A stretch of 64,000 bases of DNA from Mobula hypostoma (Eukaryota), in contig NC_086104.1 of assembly GCF_963921235.1 (NCBI RefSeq), positions 26,164,001 to 26,228,000 of the forward strand, given 5' to 3'. Shown here piece after piece: positions 25,901-38,949 of this stretch (the first letter of the stretch is position 1; every line of letters starts with the position of its first letter). The notes beneath the pieces are model-generated. The model saw nothing but the letters and a program-made list of their open reading frames with translations, ran no database searches and was not told the origin of the DNA. Position numbers and translations under genes: made by a program.

Positions 25901-28450
25901 ACACTTGGCAAACTGCTAGTGTCTTCCACAGTAAAGACTGATACAAATTAATCATTTAGTTCATCTGCCATTTCCTTGTTCCCCGCTACTATTTCTCTGT
26001 CCTCATTTTCTAGTGGTCCTATATCCACTGTAATCTCTCTTTTTTTTTAATCTTTGAAAAGGCTTTTTCTATCCACCTTGCTAGCTTGCTTTCATATTTC
26101 ATCTTTTCCCTCCTAACTATTCATTTAGTTGCTTTCTGTAGGTTTTTAAAAGCTTCCCAATCCTTTCTCTTTCTGCTAATTTTTGCTTTGTTGTATGCCC
26201 TCTCTTTTGCTTGTACTTCCTTATCAGCCACAGTTGTCCTATTTTGTCATTTGAGTATTTCTCTTTTTTTGGAATACATCTATCCTGCTCTTTATCATTT
26301 TTCCCAGAAACTCAAGCCATTCCTGCTCTGCTGTCATTCCTGCCCCATCTCTTTCCAATTTACTTTGGCCATCTCTTCTCTGATACATTCACTCACTGAA
26401 ATACTGTAATTTTTATTGCTACATATCAAATTTCAAGTTGAACTCAATCATATTGTGATCACTGTCTCCTAAGGGTTCCTTTATCTTAAGTTCCCTAATC
26501 ACCTCCAGTTCATTACATTACACCCAATCCAGTCTTGCTGATCCTCTAGTAGGCTCATCAACAAACTGCTCTAAACAGCCATCCTGTAAGCATTCAACAA
26601 ATTCACTCTCTTGAGATCCATTACCAACCTGATTTTCCCAATCGACCTGCATGTTAAAATCTCCCATGACTATCATAACATTGCCCTTTTGGACCTGTCT
26701 TTTCTATTTCCTTTTGTAATCTGTGATCCACATCCCAGCTACTGTTTGGAGGCTTGTATATGACTGCCATCAGGGTCCTTTTACCTTTGCAGTTTCTTAA
26801 CTCAACCCACAAGGATTCAACATCTTCTGATCCTATGTCACATCTTTCTAATGATTTGATGCCATTCTTTACCAGCAGAGCCATGCCACCCCGTCTGTCT
26901 AACGTTCTATCACTCTGATACAATGTGTAACTTTGGATATTCAGCTCCCAACTACAACCATCCTTCAGCTACGATTCGGTGATGGCCACAACATTATACG
27001 CAACATTCTGTAGTAGTGCAACCAGATCATGCACCTTATTTCTTATTCTCCGGGTATTGAGATAAACACTTTGAGTACTGTATTTGCTACCCTTTTTGGT
27101 TCTGTATCACAAATGCACTGATACTCACCCTGCTGGCTGCAATTTTGTCTATCATCTTCCGGCCCTTCTTGACAGTCTGTCTCTATGCTTTCTTTGTTTT
27201 TTACCATCCGTCCTATCCTGAGTCCCTTCACTCCTGTTCCCACTTCCCTTGCCAAATTAGTTTAAACTCTCCCCAACAGCTCTAACAAACTTGCCCATGA
27301 GAATATTTATCCCTCTCGGATTCAGGTGTAACCTCTTCCCTTTGTACATGTCATACCTCCCCCAGAAGAGATCCCAGTGATCCAGGAACCTGAGGCCCTG
27401 CCCCCTGCACCAGCTTCTCAGCCACGCATTTATCTGCCAAAACATCCTGATTCTACTTTCACTGGTGTGTGGCACAGGCAGCAATCCAGATATTACTACC
27501 CTGGAGGTCCTGCTTCTCAGCTTTCTGCTTTGGCTCTCCAATTCTCTCTTCAGGACGTCATTGCTTTTCTTTCCTATGTCATTTGTATCAAAGTGTACCA
27601 AGACATGTGGCTGCTCTCCCTCCCCTCTCCAAAATGCTGTGGATGCGATCTGAGACGTCCCTGACCCTGACACGTGGGAAGTAACATAACATTCGGGTGT
27701 CCCGTTCAAGTCCACAGAATCTCCTGTCTGTTCCTCTGACTATTGAGTCCCCTATCACTACTGCTCCCTTCTTCTCCCTCTTTCTCTTCTTCACCATGGA
27801 CCTATGCTCAGTGCCAGTAATCTGGTCTTTGTGGCATTCCCCGGTGTGGTTATTCCCCACTTCAGCATCCAAAACAGTATACTCAATATTAAGGGGACTG
27901 GCCACAGGGGTGCTCTGCCTATTCACCTTCCCATTCCTTCTCCTGACAGTCACCCAGCTATCTGCCTCTTGTATTTTAGGGGCGACTACTTCCTTGTGAC
28001 TTCGATCAATGATCTCCTCACTCTCCCGTACGAGCCCAAGGTTATTCAGCCGCTGTTCCAGATCCCTAACACGGTCTTCAAGGAGCTACAGCCAGATGCA
28101 CTGCATGCAGATGTAGTTCCCCTGGAGACTTTGGTTCTCCCAGGACTCCAACATCTGGTTTGAAGTGTACACAATGGCCATTTAAACTACACTAAATACC
28201 CCTGGCAGAGTAAGAAATAAAGGAAACTTATCATAAACTTACCTGGACAACTTACCCAGAGACAACACCTCTCCTAAGCTGAAAGGTCCTTTGAGCCGAA
28301 ACCTTCTCCCACTCTCACCACTGGCCTACTCCCAACAATGGCCACTTCCGTTTTTTATTTCCTTGTCTCTGCTCTGCTCCCACCGCTGATTGTGTTGTTG
28401 GAATGAAACCGAGTGCCCATGTAGCTATCCTTTTAAACAATTACTCCCAG
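22975..28450 (-). mobile_element. Near full-length CR1 (5' UTR, ORF1, ORF2), decayed, split by a nested CR1 at about 23270-24538
   Basis: ORF1 zinc finger/zipper and SGNH-like AVVIGDSIVRG...LHLNPRG (28180-27257). APE motifs RRGGMALLVK and VESLWVEL. RT GVPQGSVLG and KFAD. The 3' piece (22975-23269) rejoins 24539 across the insertion. Confidence 0.9.
23272..24538 (-). mobile_element. CR1 nested in CR1 (same orientation)
   Basis: Has its own tail at about 23275 and RT motif MDKGEVVDVIYLDFQKAFDKVP. Confidence 0.85.
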
Positions 28451-28843
28451 TATTTGTCTGATCGCTCCCTGATCTCACACGACCTCCAATAAACATTTAA
28501 CCTCTGGACCTCCCAGTGATCTGTTGTCTCACCACATTTTTCATGCCTCCAAATTTTCCCTTATCTTCACTCTGCTTTCTAACTAAAAGTTTATGTCATA
28601 GACCACTGCTGCTCCTTCCTCTTCTCATGATACCTGTCGAGCCTCAACAGGCAAAAAACCAGCTTAACATTATCCACATTTTCAGGTCCCCAAGTCACTT
28701 AAGCCTCACCACAACCCCTTTCAATAAGCATCACATATGGAGTCCTCTGCCTTACCAGGAGGGAAGAAACTAAAATGATGTGAAGTGATAATCACAAAAG
28801 TTCTCAAATGTACAACAGGTTTGAACTAAGTATTATCTCCAAA

Positions 28844-29181
28844 CTTACTTACTTATTGCCTGTTACACCACTGGCACTTAGGAGAGCAATGAAGATCCTC
28901 CTTCTCTATCCATAGCCACTCAGATGTCAAAGGATTCTTCATTGCTGTTTTTTTAACAGTTTTGTTTTACCAGTCAGGGTGGTTAGCCCTGAGGTAAACC
29001 CCTGAGCCTGGGGGAATGGTGGACAACTCTTCGTCTGCCTTCTACCCTTTGACCTGTTTGGCATAGGTGACCCTACCAAGAGCCAAAGCATAAGGCCCTG
29101 ACTCCAGTCAACGTAGCTGTCCGGGTCATTGAGGCACGCAAGCCTCCAAACCATGACAAGGTTGTGGTCCTCTTGGAGGTG
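28844..29181 (-). mobile_element. Short non-autonomous RTE derivative (5' UTR fused to 3' tail)
   Basis: 5' CACAACCTTGTCATGGTTTGGAGGCTTGCGTGCCTCAATGA resembles RTE/BovB-type 5' UTRs; (TAAG)n tail; 10-bp TSD TATCTCCAAA/TATCCCCAAA. Confidence 0.75.
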
Positions 29182-29227
29182 TATCCCCAAAGCTTTCCCT
29201 CTTTTCCAAAGCCCAAGCTCTTAATAT

Positions 29228-29680
29228 TAGGTGGCATGGTAGTGCAGTGGTTTGTGTAATGCTATTATATTGCCAGTGACACAATTCAATCATGCCACTG
29301 TGTGTAAGGAGTTTGTATGTTCTCTGCGTGACTGTGTGCTGCTCGTGATACTGCTAGAGCCGCCTTTCCATGCCAGAGATCTGTGTCCAGTCCTGACCCT
29401 GGGAGCTGCCCGTGTGGAATTTGTACGTGCTCTCTGTCTTTGTCCATGCATTTCCTCCAGATATTCTGGTTTCCTTTTGCATTCTAAAAGTTGAAAGTTT
29501 ACTAAACATTGTAAATTGCTCTTAGTGTGTAGTTGGGGGAGCTCATATGGTAGCATTGATGACCATGAGAGGAGAATTTTAATAAATACTTTAGGATTTG
29601 TGTAAATGGGTGGTGGATGATTGGATGTGACTTGTTGGGACCAAAGGTCTGTTTCCTTTCTGGATGACTCTATTGACGCT
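29228..29680 (+). mobile_element. HE1/V-SINE-like SINEs (two adjacent decayed copies)
   Basis: tRNA head and V-domain-like GTGTGGAATTTGTACGTGCTC...TTTCCTCCAG...GGTTTCC. Confidence 0.65.
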
Positions 29681-29742
29681 ATCTCTAAGGTACGAATCAG
29701 GAGCAGGAAAAAGACCTTCGGTCCTTCAAGACTGCTCCACAA

Positions 29743-29880
29743 CAGTCCCGAAGAAGGGGCATGGCCCAAAACATCAACTGTTTATTCACTTCCATAGGTG
29801 CTGCCTGACCTGCTGAGCTCCTCCAGCATTTTGCATGAGTTGATTTGGATTTCCAGCATCTGCAGACTTTCTCATGTTTT
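29743..29880 (+). mobile_element. Penelope-derived repeat with decayed hammerhead motif
   Basis: CAGTC-CCGAAGA-AGGGGCATGGCCC-AAAA-CATC-AACTG plus the family body. Confidence 0.65.
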
Positions 29881-32800
29881 TGCCTTACATTAAATAAGAT
29901 TGTGGCTAATCTGAATGTAATGTCAACTCCTGGTTCTCACCTGCCCATTGTATCCTTTTACGTTCTTGTTTACTCAAAGACTCTGCTTCTAATACCCTTT
30001 GAGCAAGACAGTTCTAATGACTGATAACCCTGTCCAAGAAAATGCCACCTTATCTAAAATAGATATCTGCTTTTTTTTAATTGTGATCCTCACAAATTCA
30101 TTGTTGATGATTTTTTTTCTAAGAGATCCCCCTCCTTCCCTGCATGGGTGTTGTTTTTCCCCCTGCACCCTCAACATTATTCACTATTTGAACAGGCACT
30201 TTATTTTTAAAAAATCAACAAAAAATAGACATCAAAGTTGGTCATAATTCTTTGTAACTGCTTCAGTTTAAAAGAGGTCTTGGTGGCGCTAATCCTTTTT
30301 TAATGTAAACTGTCTTGGACCAACGCTCTCTATTTCTCGTATTATATTCCACCAACTTTTTTTGTCTCATGTCAGACGATCATCCAGTAAATATACCATT
30401 TGCCATTAACACTAGTTTTATTGTGATCTGTTTGACAGTATATTAAACGGTTGTCCCACAGCTCCCTGGTTAATGTCCATGTTTAATTAGAGTACACTGG
30501 CTCCTGTGTAAAAATGAGATGTTAAACTTCAATCTTAACACAGTTTGCATGGAAAAAAAGGGGAAATATTTAGGCACAAAAAGATAGCCATGGAACAGTG
30601 ATCATACCCAGGTCACTTGTGCATTCTCTTGTTCCCAGACGATGTGTTCGTTTCATACTGGCACCTCATTAAAATGAGTCCAGTGTGCAGACAGCTCAAT
30701 CAGACTGTTCACTGGCTGCTCTCCCCTTTGGAGAGGCTGGCTTTCAATGCCTAAAAAGGCAGCTAACCTTACCGGAGAGGTGTAGAAATGCTGGCTGTAG
30801 AAAAAAGAGGAATGCCTCAAGTTGTAAAACACCTTCAAGTGTTTGCCATTGGAAGAGGTCACAGAGGTCGCAGAGCCAAGTACTGTATATGGTTTTAATG
30901 CAGAAAAAAAATTCAAATCTTCAACAAGGTTGTGAAACTATGATGGCTGTTTTCTTAGTCTGTTTTTCACACCTTCACCACCACATCCTCGGTGCATGCA
31001 ACACTTCTTTAGGTAATTCCTTTTAACTTCCTGGCAATTACTTCAAAAAATTTTACCCCATTTATTTCCATTCCAACTAACACTCTCACTGCAATTTCTC
31101 ACCATCTCTATTTTACAAATGGTGCAATAACATTTTCACTATCTGGCTCATTCCGGGCATAACTGTCAAGATGGTCCTCAACCTACCTGCACCGTCTTTT
31201 GTGCAAAGTAGTCATGTGTGACTTGAGACAAGAGGAGGCTGTGTTCCTCCACACGCCTCTAAGCATATCATGGTAAATTTCTCTGCTGATTAATTAATCT
31301 AAATGTTTTAAAATTGATATATTATTCTTCACTTTTTAAATAATGTTTTTTTAATTGCATTCCTAGTCTTTCTAAATATTTATGATCATCAGGGACCATT
31401 CAAATGTGTTGAAAGACCATCACTGTGATCTGTGGGTGGGGCCTCAGATTTTACCTCCTCAATTATCAGTGACTGACTACGCTGCTTCCCAACATAAACA
31501 GGGCGTAAAGCCTCCACAAATCTGTTGAGTTGTGTGGGCACGGAAGACAAGTGCAGGAACCAGTAGAAAGGCCTAGGCCAAGTCAATGTCTGTCTGCCTC
31601 ATTAACTCCATTTCCTTTTCCACAGAAGCTCTATGGATATGGGGATTCCCACTGTTCTTCATTGCTAGTTTGGATTTCTGGTAATTGCTCCATTTTAGCT
31701 TGGGATTATTTCATAATAAATTCTATTGCTGGAAGTTGACAACTCTCACAGTTAATTGTAACAGAAAAAGGAAATGCTGGAAATATTCATCAGGTACAGC
31801 GGCATCAGCTAAGTGAAATAATAATAGCAGAGAAATAAGATTTACTGTGTCAGAACAGTGGCCGTTCATCAGTTATAATCATTTTGTTCACTATGAAAGA
31901 GCAGAACATGGTTGATGGGTATAATTACAACGTGTTACAATGCAAAATTAATTCATAGTAGTAATCACAATGTGGACCATGTGAGGGATCCATCAGAAGG
32001 AACATCATCGAATAATAGTTCTTTAATTATAATTAATTGACTGAAATTGTTTTCTTTTTCTTTTCCTTATAAATTATGGAGCTAAACTTCAAAGAATATT
32101 CGGAATAAACACTTTTATAAATCGATGAGCTCTATTTCATATTTTAAAACTGGATACCTTAATGGGAGTTTTTTTGGCAAGTGAAAGCAATAATTTTTTA
32201 CTATGTGACAGTCGTGAATTTTGTTATTATAATAAAGAAAATTTCTTGACAGTTGTCAATATTTAAAATGACCAAGTAGATTAACATTGTTTAATCTTCA
32301 CAATCATTTTAAGTTTTTGGAGATAAGCACCAGGTCTGTGATAACCAATGGATTATTTTTAAATACAACTGAGTAGTATAATATGCATATACTTCAAAAC
32401 TCTTATCATTCAAGTATAAAGAATATGGTTATCAATCTATACTGCTATAAGTTAATCAGGAAGGAAATGTGTATAATAATCAGGTACATATGTAGTCACA
32501 ATTGATCGGAGTTTAAAACAATTTAGAGAGTGCAAGTGTAGACCAATGGGACTAAAACATTTTTGTTTACTTTACACAAACACGAAAAATCTTCTAACTA
32601 ATGCCATAACAATCACTGTCTTGGAATTTGCACATTCTAATGCTGTACAGTTAATTATTGCAGTAAACAGGTATTCACAGATTTTTTCACTACAAGGGAA
32701 ATTTTACCCTATCCACTCACTGGCTACTCGAACACAGAGTTCAAAAGTACAATTATTGGAGTGCTGACAGTGCTGTCAGTTATTCCTGGAAACTGAAAGA

Positions 32801-35800
32801 AGAACACATTTAGATTTACTTGAAAATCTCAACACATGGCACATCTGTAACACAGCAGTCTGAATGAGGCCAGACAGATTGATAATGAGAGTGACAACAT
32901 TGTTTGTTTCAGGGGCTTTGTGGTCTTTTTACCAACCTTAAAGCCTCATAATGACCCAAAATGGCTGCACATAAATGCATTTGCTGTTGTTCACTTAACT
33001 GAATTATGTGAAGCTGTGAACTTGCATTGCGTGAAACAGAGTCTGCATAGATAAGATTGCTACAGTACCATTGCTGTACATAGAACTACAAAGATTGCAT
33101 TAAACTGAAGGGATGTTTGGATAAATAGTAGGATCTAGGTGTACAAAAGTTTCCAAAATGATACATGAATGCTTGCAAACCTACTGTAGGCAAAAGAACA
33201 GGTGACTTTTTACAACCCATTTGCTTGGAAATTTTTATCTTAATCCACTACAACCACAGAGACAATAAGTTTCTACATTTTATTATCATTCTATAAAGAG
33301 TAATCACAATTCCTAAAGAATTTGTAAGATATGAAAATTGTTCAGGCTCTCCATATATGTTCAATCAGTGAAGATTTAATTATAGTTCTGAGTTAATTAT
33401 ACTTTACATTTCTTGTAAGATGCCTTAATGACGAACACCCCTACTTCTACAAGTATAGTCTGTGACACAGTTCATAAGAAAGTTGTGTTTTACGTAAACA
33501 TTAAACAATTGTGAGCAACCGTAAAACAACTTGGCTTAAATATTTTACTCAGTTGTTATCATTAGTCCTGATGATCAGTATGCTTCAGAAAGAAAAAGAA
33601 TGTGGATGCAAAGTGTCCTAATGAAAAGACATATCTCTATAGTCACAAATTTACTTCTAATTGAATTTGATGTCAAAATCAGACTCTAGGAAATATAATG
33701 TGGGATCTTAGCAGCAGAAAATCCATTCAAGATTGCATCCACCAAAATGGGTAATAATAGTTGACACTCTACTATTTACCAATCTAATGTACATATGTAC
33801 ATTAACAAACAATGATAGTTCGACATGACAGGGATATTTCACACTTTATATCCACTTCCATGCCAACTGCTGCTGAGTTTGAGGAGGTGGAAGCCTTAGT
33901 ACTTAGGTAATGCACTGTACTTTCAGAAAGCATGACTCTGTTTGGAAATCTTCTTACTGAAGTTGAAAACCGTGCTCAGTCCACTCCACCACTGAATGGT
34001 GTGCAGAATGAGTGTGACAGCTACTGCCAAGGTAGTATATGGTAATAAATTTACTTTGAACTTTGACCCTGGCCGAAGTAGACACCAGTGGACTGAATCA
34101 CCTGACATCACCGTCTTGGTAAGAAGAAATAACTGAAAATAATGAAAATGAATTAAAACTGCTTTCAGTCAATCTGGATAGATTAAAATTTAACTAATTT
34201 GAACTCTGCATTTATTGTCAGGTGGTGTTTTAATCAACAAGTTGGAAAGAATAGAAGTTGAATTAGAACAACAGGAGTGACTGGCAGAATTATCAGACTG
34301 GCTTTCATTGATTGGCATTAAGGTTGCTATTTTATTGAGCTTGTTGGAGCAGGCAGGCTTAAACACCTACCAGTGAGATGAAAATCATGTTCAAGGAATG
34401 TATTGCAGACAAATGCACAATGTTTTTGCTGAATTAAAAGTGATATTTGAGATTAGGGAGTTTCTGCAGGAATAAGTAAATTAGTCAGAAAGTAGGTCAC
34501 ATCTAAATGATTCCTGTGGTATCTGAGTTCTGCATGACTGTATGCTTCCAGATGCTGGCTATCAGCAGAATCTGTAAAACTAGACACTTATTGCCTTGTT
34601 TCAGTTGTTAAGTCCTACTGACAGCTAATAAAACCACAAACTCCATTTTCTTAGCTACATGGGCAGCCTACAGTCAGTACACCTGTGGCTGCAATCATTA
34701 ATCTTTCTCACACCAGGTACAGTCCCATTAAAAAAGCTGCAGATCACCTGCTGCAAATACTTTTTCCTACCAACCATCCTCGCAGTGAGATAATCAAATG
34801 CTTTAAAATATTCCATTTGCCCTGGCATGATAAACCATGATGACTGTTGAACTTAATTTTAAATCCAAGGTTGACAAGGTACAGAGTGGAGGCATTAAGA
34901 AGCAATTTGACGATTCTGTGCTTACAGTAAGCATATTCTGGGCACGCTGCCCATTGGCATTACTCGCTTTCAAGTGAACAGATGGAAAATTATGTTTGCC
35001 TGCAATGTCCTGTGATGCATTTTCAGCAAGTGCCGAAAAGAACTTTATCATCGCTTGGTATATTTTGGATTCAAGCTGAAGTCCCAAAGGTGAAAAGATA
35101 ATTAATGTATCATTATTTGCCATCTCTATTCAAATTGTAACACCTTTCTCCAATAACCGCCTTTTTAATATTAAATCAATGCTCCTGAAATCATTAGTTA
35201 AATAACCCATGCTAACTCAGCCAACGATGACTAATCTTTATTTGTGTTTTCAACTTTCTTGAAATGATCAGGTTAGTTGCAAAGCCCTGATGCATTTTGA
35301 CACATAACTCTGATTAATTTCAATTACACTAATCCATCCTCTGACTGACAGAAAGAAAACCAATTCTTTTTAAAATGGATTATAACCCACTGACAGGGAT
35401 TTTGAAGTGTTGTTGGTGTCATCAGCGTAAAGGTTGAGTCAACAGAGGGAAGGGAATATGAGTTAGGTGATTAAATCGAGATAAAATAACAGAAACAAGA
35501 GAATATAGTCTCAAATAGTGGGACAATATTTATCCCCATTTTGCAGTATTATGACTTCAATTACATGTAGTGTTCTACATCTGGAAGGAAACGGCCTTGA
35601 TATCAATGCAACATCACTTTAGATGAACAATGTGCATTCACTGCAAGCGATTGAGCACAGATGTTAGGATTTCAAGGAGTATATTCCATAATAGTTTTTA
35701 TTCAGAATAATATAGGAATATTAAGTGAATCCTGAGATCCAGTGTGTTAAGTTAATAGGTTGCATTGATCTGAAGAACTGCAGTGCATTTAGCAATGGAA

Positions 35801-36477
35801 GTCATATTTCCACCAGTGGTATAGACAAAGCCTTGGTCATCTTGCGGGCTTTCTTCTTCAATGATTGCTCTCATGCCAGATCAATTTATTTTTAAAGACT
35901 ATTTAACCTGCTCTTGTACTCGTCTTTATTGTTCCTCTGGTGGGGCATCTCAATGTGAATGCCACATTGCTGTCCCTTCCTCAGCAAATAGTTACATGGC
36001 TCTTTCTTCAGGTTATCCTCATCCTATCCATTTTAATCAAGGCTACATCCCTCCATGACTTTCGTTGTTTAGTACTGGATCGTCAGCTGGTTTATTTGGA
36101 TATTTCTCCCAGGTGGAAACCGTTTATTTTATTCCTGAAAGTAGCTTACATTGGAACCTCTTATTTTATAGTCAGATTGGCATTTTGCTCCCTTGCTGAT
36201 CACTTATGAATCTGGACTGAAGTACTGTGGAGACAAAGGAGGTTTTTCAAAATTTAGTGCCTGCTGACAGTTTTTTGCCTATAGTTATTTGGATAATTTT
36301 TTGCATCTTCTTTTTATTTTTTGTTTTCAAAAATAAAAATGCCTGACTTGCAAATTGCTGACAGGAAAGGAGAGGAAGGACAGTAAGACTAAGGTCCTGA
36401 AAATATTAGGAATTGTAGTTATCACTTATAAAGGGGCTGCTGTACTTTAATCTCTCAGTGAAACAGATCTGCTCATT

Positions 36478-36815
36478 AGAAACACTCTCATACAGCATGG
36501 AAACAGGCCCTACATCCCAACTTGTCCATGCTGACCGTGAGCCCCCATCTAAGTGAACCACATTTGCCTGCATTTGACCCTTGTCCCTCTAAACCAGGGG
36601 TTTCCAACCTGGGGTCCATGGACCCCTTGATTAATGGTATTGGTCCATGGCATAAATGAGGTTGGGAACCCCTGGTCTAAGCAGTTCATATCCATGTACC
36701 TGGTGAACTGTATTTTAAATCATATTGTACCTCCCTCTACCACTTCCTCTGGCAGCTCTTTTCATATACTGACCATGCTGTGTAAAAAAAGTTGCCCTCA
36801 CGTTCCTATAGGATT
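36478..36815 (-). mobile_element. CR1 3' tail fragment
   Basis: tacagcatggaaacaggccc...cctctaccacttcctctggcagctc; interrupted by a MITE. Confidence 0.65.
36595..36674. mobile_element. 80-bp hAT (Charlie-type) MITE
   Basis: TIRs CAGGGGTTTCCAACCT / AGGTTGGGAACCCCTG; degenerate 8-bp TSD CTCTAAAC/GTCTAAGC. Confidence 0.8.
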
Positions 36816-37039
36816 TCCCTTTCAACAGGCTGATCCGAGATGTCCTTTCTTTTTAGTGAGTGAATTAGCAAATACATGTTAAAGCAAAAGTAAGATCCTT
36901 GAGATAAGCTAATATTCCTGCAAGAACTCTTCTCAGTGATTGTCACAACTTAGTTATTAAAATACATGCCTGCTTTTCAGCATTATCTGCAACAGACTTA
37001 AATTTTCTTACAAAGAAAATATTAAACAAACTCTGAACT

Positions 37040-37911
37040 ACTTTAAACTCATTATATTTATTTTATTTTGACTTACCTAGTTATTAAGAAATAAACCTAA
37101 AATTTACAAAATATCTCTATGGTGCTAAGTGCTTTTCTTAATATTCTTCAAGCAAGATTGACTAGCCATTTGCAATATCATATAACTACTTTGAAATTTT
37201 AAGAAATGAAACGAGCTGACTTAATTAACATGATGGCTCTCATCTTATGAAACAATATCAAAACAATGAATAACTAACTTAAAAAAAAATTTGGAAAATA
37301 AATGAACATGAAAAATAAACAAAAAAAGACAAACTTTAATAAATCTGGAATAAATAGTGAATTGTATAAAAATAAGACACAAAAACACTTAAGTTGTAGC
37401 ACAGATTATTTTCAGCAAGGATACTCTAATAAGCCTTGTAATAGAATCTTTCCGTGCTCATTGTATTTTGTGGTGCAACATATCGTTGGATTGTGGACAA
37501 TAGCGTATGTACTATGTACATAATAATCCTTTCTAACATCTCGCTGTATGAATCATAAGCATTTAATGACTTTCTGAGTTAGTTTGGTGTATAAATCATA
37601 TTCTGAGTTGGAGTTTTAATGTTATGATGAACATTAACTTATTATCAGTGGAGGTCAACACACATCGACTGGTTGATATGGCACTGGATGAAGTAAACGT
37701 AAAAGATTTGGGGAGCACTTGTCCCTCCCTTCCCACCCTCTCCTTATACAATATATCTGCAATGTCTTTGTACACACGCAGAGGAAACAAAAGTCAGATC
37801 CTCATTCATGCAAAGAATGGTGTAATGTCTTTTGGGTTCAGGATACACAGTGAGTTATAGCTTTGAACAACTGATCAGACTTGCTCCTCAGCAGAAGGGT
37901 GAGTGAACTCA
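37040..37911 (-). other. RGS7: Probable RGS7 3' UTR
   Basis: Repeat-free AT-rich sequence running from the stop codon to tandem AATAAA signals. Confidence 0.6.
37057..37067 (-). terminator. Candidate polyadenylation signal (overlapping AATAAA x2)
   Basis: Minus strand reads AAAATAAAATAAA, followed about 25 nt later by a GU/U-rich tract (gagtttgtttaatattttctttg). Confidence 0.55.
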
Positions 37912-37962
37912 TCAGTAAGACTGCACCAGGCTTGTCAACCGCTTCGAAGTAAGTGATTTTCC
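37912..37962 (-). CDS. RGS7: RGS7 terminal coding exon
   Basis: Acceptor tctgcttctcttgcacag|GGA. Encodes GKSLTSKRLTSLVQSY-TGA, the RGS7 C-terminus, in frame with the 60290 donor. Not in the ORF track because it is too short. Confidence 0.94.
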   Translation of the reverse strand, partial: GKSLTSKRLTSLVQSY

Positions 37963-38289
37963 CTGTGCAAGAGAAGCAGAAGATTATTTTCTGGTTAGAT
38001 CAATGGCTGTAACATCCACTTGCAGAAAATTAACTTCAAATCCAAATGAAGCAAAATTACTATTGAATAGCTCACAATAAACAGAAGATGAAACAAATCT
38101 ATTAAACATTACCTATGACATACACTCATTGGCCACTTTATTAGGTACCACCTGAAGCTCATAATGTGGCCACTGAGTATACATTCATGGTCTTTTGCTG
38201 CTGTAGCCCATCCACTTGAAGATTCAAAATGTTGTGCATTCAGAGATGCCTCCGGCATGGTCCCAGGACACATCCTGCACAATCAAGGA

Positions 38290-38932
38290 AGCTCATCAAT
38301 GCCTCTACTTTCTGAGAGGGCTGAAGTGAGCTGGATCTTGCATCTCTGTACTCACATCGTACTACAGATGCAGAATAGAGAGCATCCTAACAAGATGCAG
38401 CACTTCAGCATGCGGAAACTGCACTGTGGCGGACAGGAAGGGTCTACAGCAGGGAGACAGAATTGTCCGATGCATCATTGGCACCAGCCTACCCGTCATC
38501 AGACATATAGACAGAAAGATGCTGGAAAAGGGCCAGAAACATCACAAAGGATCCCACTCAAGCTGATTATGGAGTGTTTGTCCCACTCCCACCGGGAAGG
38601 ATACTACGTAGCGTCCACACCAGGAGCACCAGGCTCAACTGCAGTTCCTTTCCCCAAGCAGTAAGGCTGATCAACACCTCCACCCACTAACTCCAACTCT
38701 ACTGTATTATTTCCCGTCAGTCACCTTGTGTACAGCTTGGTGTCACTGTATTGACTTGCAATCAATGTATATAAACTATCTTATGTATTTATATTTACTC
38801 TTTTTAATTATTATTTTGTGTCTTCATCTTCTGTTTTCTCGTGCAGCGTCTGATCAGGAGTAACAATTACTTTGTTCTCTTTTACACTTGTGTACAGGAA
38901 ATGACATCATACAACCTTGATTCTTGATTCTA
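38290..38932 (+). mobile_element. Rex1/Babar-like LINE 3' fragment
   Basis: YRCRIESILTRC motif and an FPQAVRLIN-like terminus. Confidence 0.7.
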
Positions 38933-38949
38933 CTGTTGTACAAAATATA

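Noticed and set aside
1-37000. GREM2 or another host gene downstream of RGS7
   Set aside because: No DAN/cystine-knot or other recognisable host ORF. The remaining short ORFs are repeat-derived or random.
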